From positions 1-33,628 of IMG/VR virus record IMGVR_UViG_3300017913_000012: 33,628 nucleotides of DNA, one strand, 5' to 3'. Within the stretch, counting starts at the first letter, position 1. Each line of letters begins with the position of its first letter. Below the pieces are notes generated by a model, which was not told the DNA's origin, searched no databases, and saw nothing but the letters and a program-made list of their open reading frames with translations. The DNA is from a virus. Taxonomy: Duplodnaviria; Caudoviricetes. Position numbers and translations under genes: made by a program. Shown here piece by piece: positions 32,481 through 33,628 of this stretch.

Positions 32481-33628
32481 CTAATTCTAACTCCTCTTGC
32501 ACCTGTTCCCACAGGCCATCATCATTTATTTTCCAGAATGAGTTTGGATCTTCATCTAACTCATCCTTGGATACAGTCTCACCATTATCAAGATTACACT
32601 TCTGATCATTAGGGTACAGCTCATTGTCCCAATCAGATGTAAAGTAGTCATTGATATCATCGGGAGATATGAATTGGTTTTCATACTCACAGTACACAGC
32701 ATCATCAATGTGCCAGTACTCATTGTCACTACACTCAACGAACACATCACCATCATATACGATACGTTCATACACTTGGACTGACTCGTGTTGACCACCG
32801 TAGGCTACACGGTAGCATGTAATCATCTGATCATTGTGGACAGTTTCCTGCCAGTAGTCACAGAAACTGTGCTCATCGTAGTAACATGACTCGCAGTAGT
32901 GTTGATCATTATACTCTGAATAGAAGTAGTCATCCTCAGACAAGTGCTCACCACACTCACGACAGCTAGTGTAGTGTCCTCCAAGGATACCGTTGTACTG
33001 ACTGGCGTCAATCTCACCACGGCGGTGAACTTCCAAGTAATTACCAGTATCAGTTAATGATTGTGGTGTCAAGTCAAGATATGGTGCAAGAAATCCACCA
33101 TCTTCTTCAATACGTTGTAACCTAGCACCAACCCAACAGGCACCATTGTCATACAGGGTAGCCTTGAGCTTGTGTAGGTACTCCTCGATCATGTCTATAG
33201 ACTGCTCAGATACACCGTACACTGGCCCTGCCTGTCTAGGTTGGCCTTGCTTGTAGTACACGACACACCGACTAGCCACCATGTTGTTTTGGTCAGTGGT
33301 GTAGATGATGGTGAAGTCACCACTTGCGTATGCCGTAGCAGGGTGAGCACTAAGGTGGTCGAACTCGTGGCGCATACAACTACAGGCCATTGACTTACGT
33401 CCTGGTGTAGTCTGAATATTCTCTGACGGCGACTGCTCACCTGCATAGGCGAAGGCAAAGTCATCTGCATCTTTGGATGTGTGTAAGGTAAGCTCACGTG
33501 GGGCAAACTCCTGTAAGAATGCATCGGTAATCGTGATGATAGACTTGTGGTCAAGCTCAGGGAACATCATCTTGATTGCACGTGCAGGTTTCATTGCAGT
33601 GAGACGATCCTCGTCACGGTTCTTCTGC
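32473..33628 (-). CDS. Phage protein with SCM motif and acidic Cys-rich repeats; 5'-truncated
   Basis: The frame stays open upstream of ATG 33594 to the window end (QKNRDEDRLTA-MKP); CRECG, YCESC and degenerate Cys repeats; 8-nt overlap with the peptidase gene. Confidence 0.8.
   Translation of the reverse strand, partial: QKNRDEDRLTAMKPARAIKMMFPELDHKSIITITDAFLQEFAPRELTLHTSKDADDFAFAYAGEQSPSENIQTTPGRKSMACSCMRHEFDHLSAHPATAYASGDFTIIYTTDQNNMVASRCVVYYKQGQPRQAGPVYGVSEQSIDMIEEYLHKLKATLYDNGACWVGARLQRIEEDGGFLAPYLDLTPQSLTDTGNYLEVHRRGEIDASQYNGILGGHYTSCRECGEHLSEDDYFYSEYNDQHYCESCYYDEHSFCDYWQETVHNDQMITCYRVAYGGQHESVQVYERIVYDGDVFVECSDNEYWHIDDAVYCEYENQFISPDDINDYFTSDWDNELYPNDQKCNLDNGETVSKDELDEDPNSFWKINDDGLWEQVQEELELDA

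Larger units (their letters stand above)
1..33628. mobile_element. Segment of a tailed dsDNA phage genome (podovirus-like; cobavirus-like replication arm, HMO-2011-like structural arm)
   Basis: Only phage-type genes, very short intergenic gaps, two convergent arms, T7-like primase-helicase/PolA/SSB, tail and ejection proteins, and no host housekeeping genes. The group assignment is from memory. Confidence 0.93.

Noticed and set aside
557-33554. Many alternative-frame and antisense ORFs in the track (e.g. 885-1178, 9298-9696, 10751-11167, 14657-15067, 27874-28317, 32022-32471)
   Set aside because: They are nested in or antisense to well-supported genes and show no recognisable motifs, so they are treated as shadow ORFs.

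Overview
Gene-dense 33.6 kb segment of a dsDNA tailed phage, most likely a marine podovirus of an alphaproteobacterial (Roseobacter-like) host; the taxonomy is recalled family resemblance, not a search result. It has two convergent arms that meet with overlapping stop codons at 19146-19149. The + arm (1-19149) is virion morphogenesis: small tail-tip and chaperone-like genes, a gp38-like glycine-rich adhesin, a 785-aa protein of about 32 tandem repeats, adaptor and nozzle, tail fibre, small membrane proteins and ejection proteins including a lytic transglycosylase. The - arm (33628-19146) is early/replication: a Cys/acid-rich protein, an M20/M28 metallopeptidase, an AT-rich promoter/palindrome region, tRNA-Arg(TCT), a 15-codon ORF missed by the ORF track, a tyrosine recombinase, ThyX, primase-helicase, PolA (Tyr762 type), SSB, a Cas4-like exonuclease, a resolvase, MazG, class II (B12) ribonucleotide reductase, DUF1289, glutaredoxin, PhoH and DUF3310. 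The most unusual element is the module palindrome > tRNA > micro-ORF > recombinase > thyX. In it the Shine-Dalgarno of the micro-ORF starts on the terminal A of the tRNA CCA, and the downstream genes are chained by ATGA overlaps. No terminase, portal, capsid, RNA polymerase or CRISPR array was recognised in this window.
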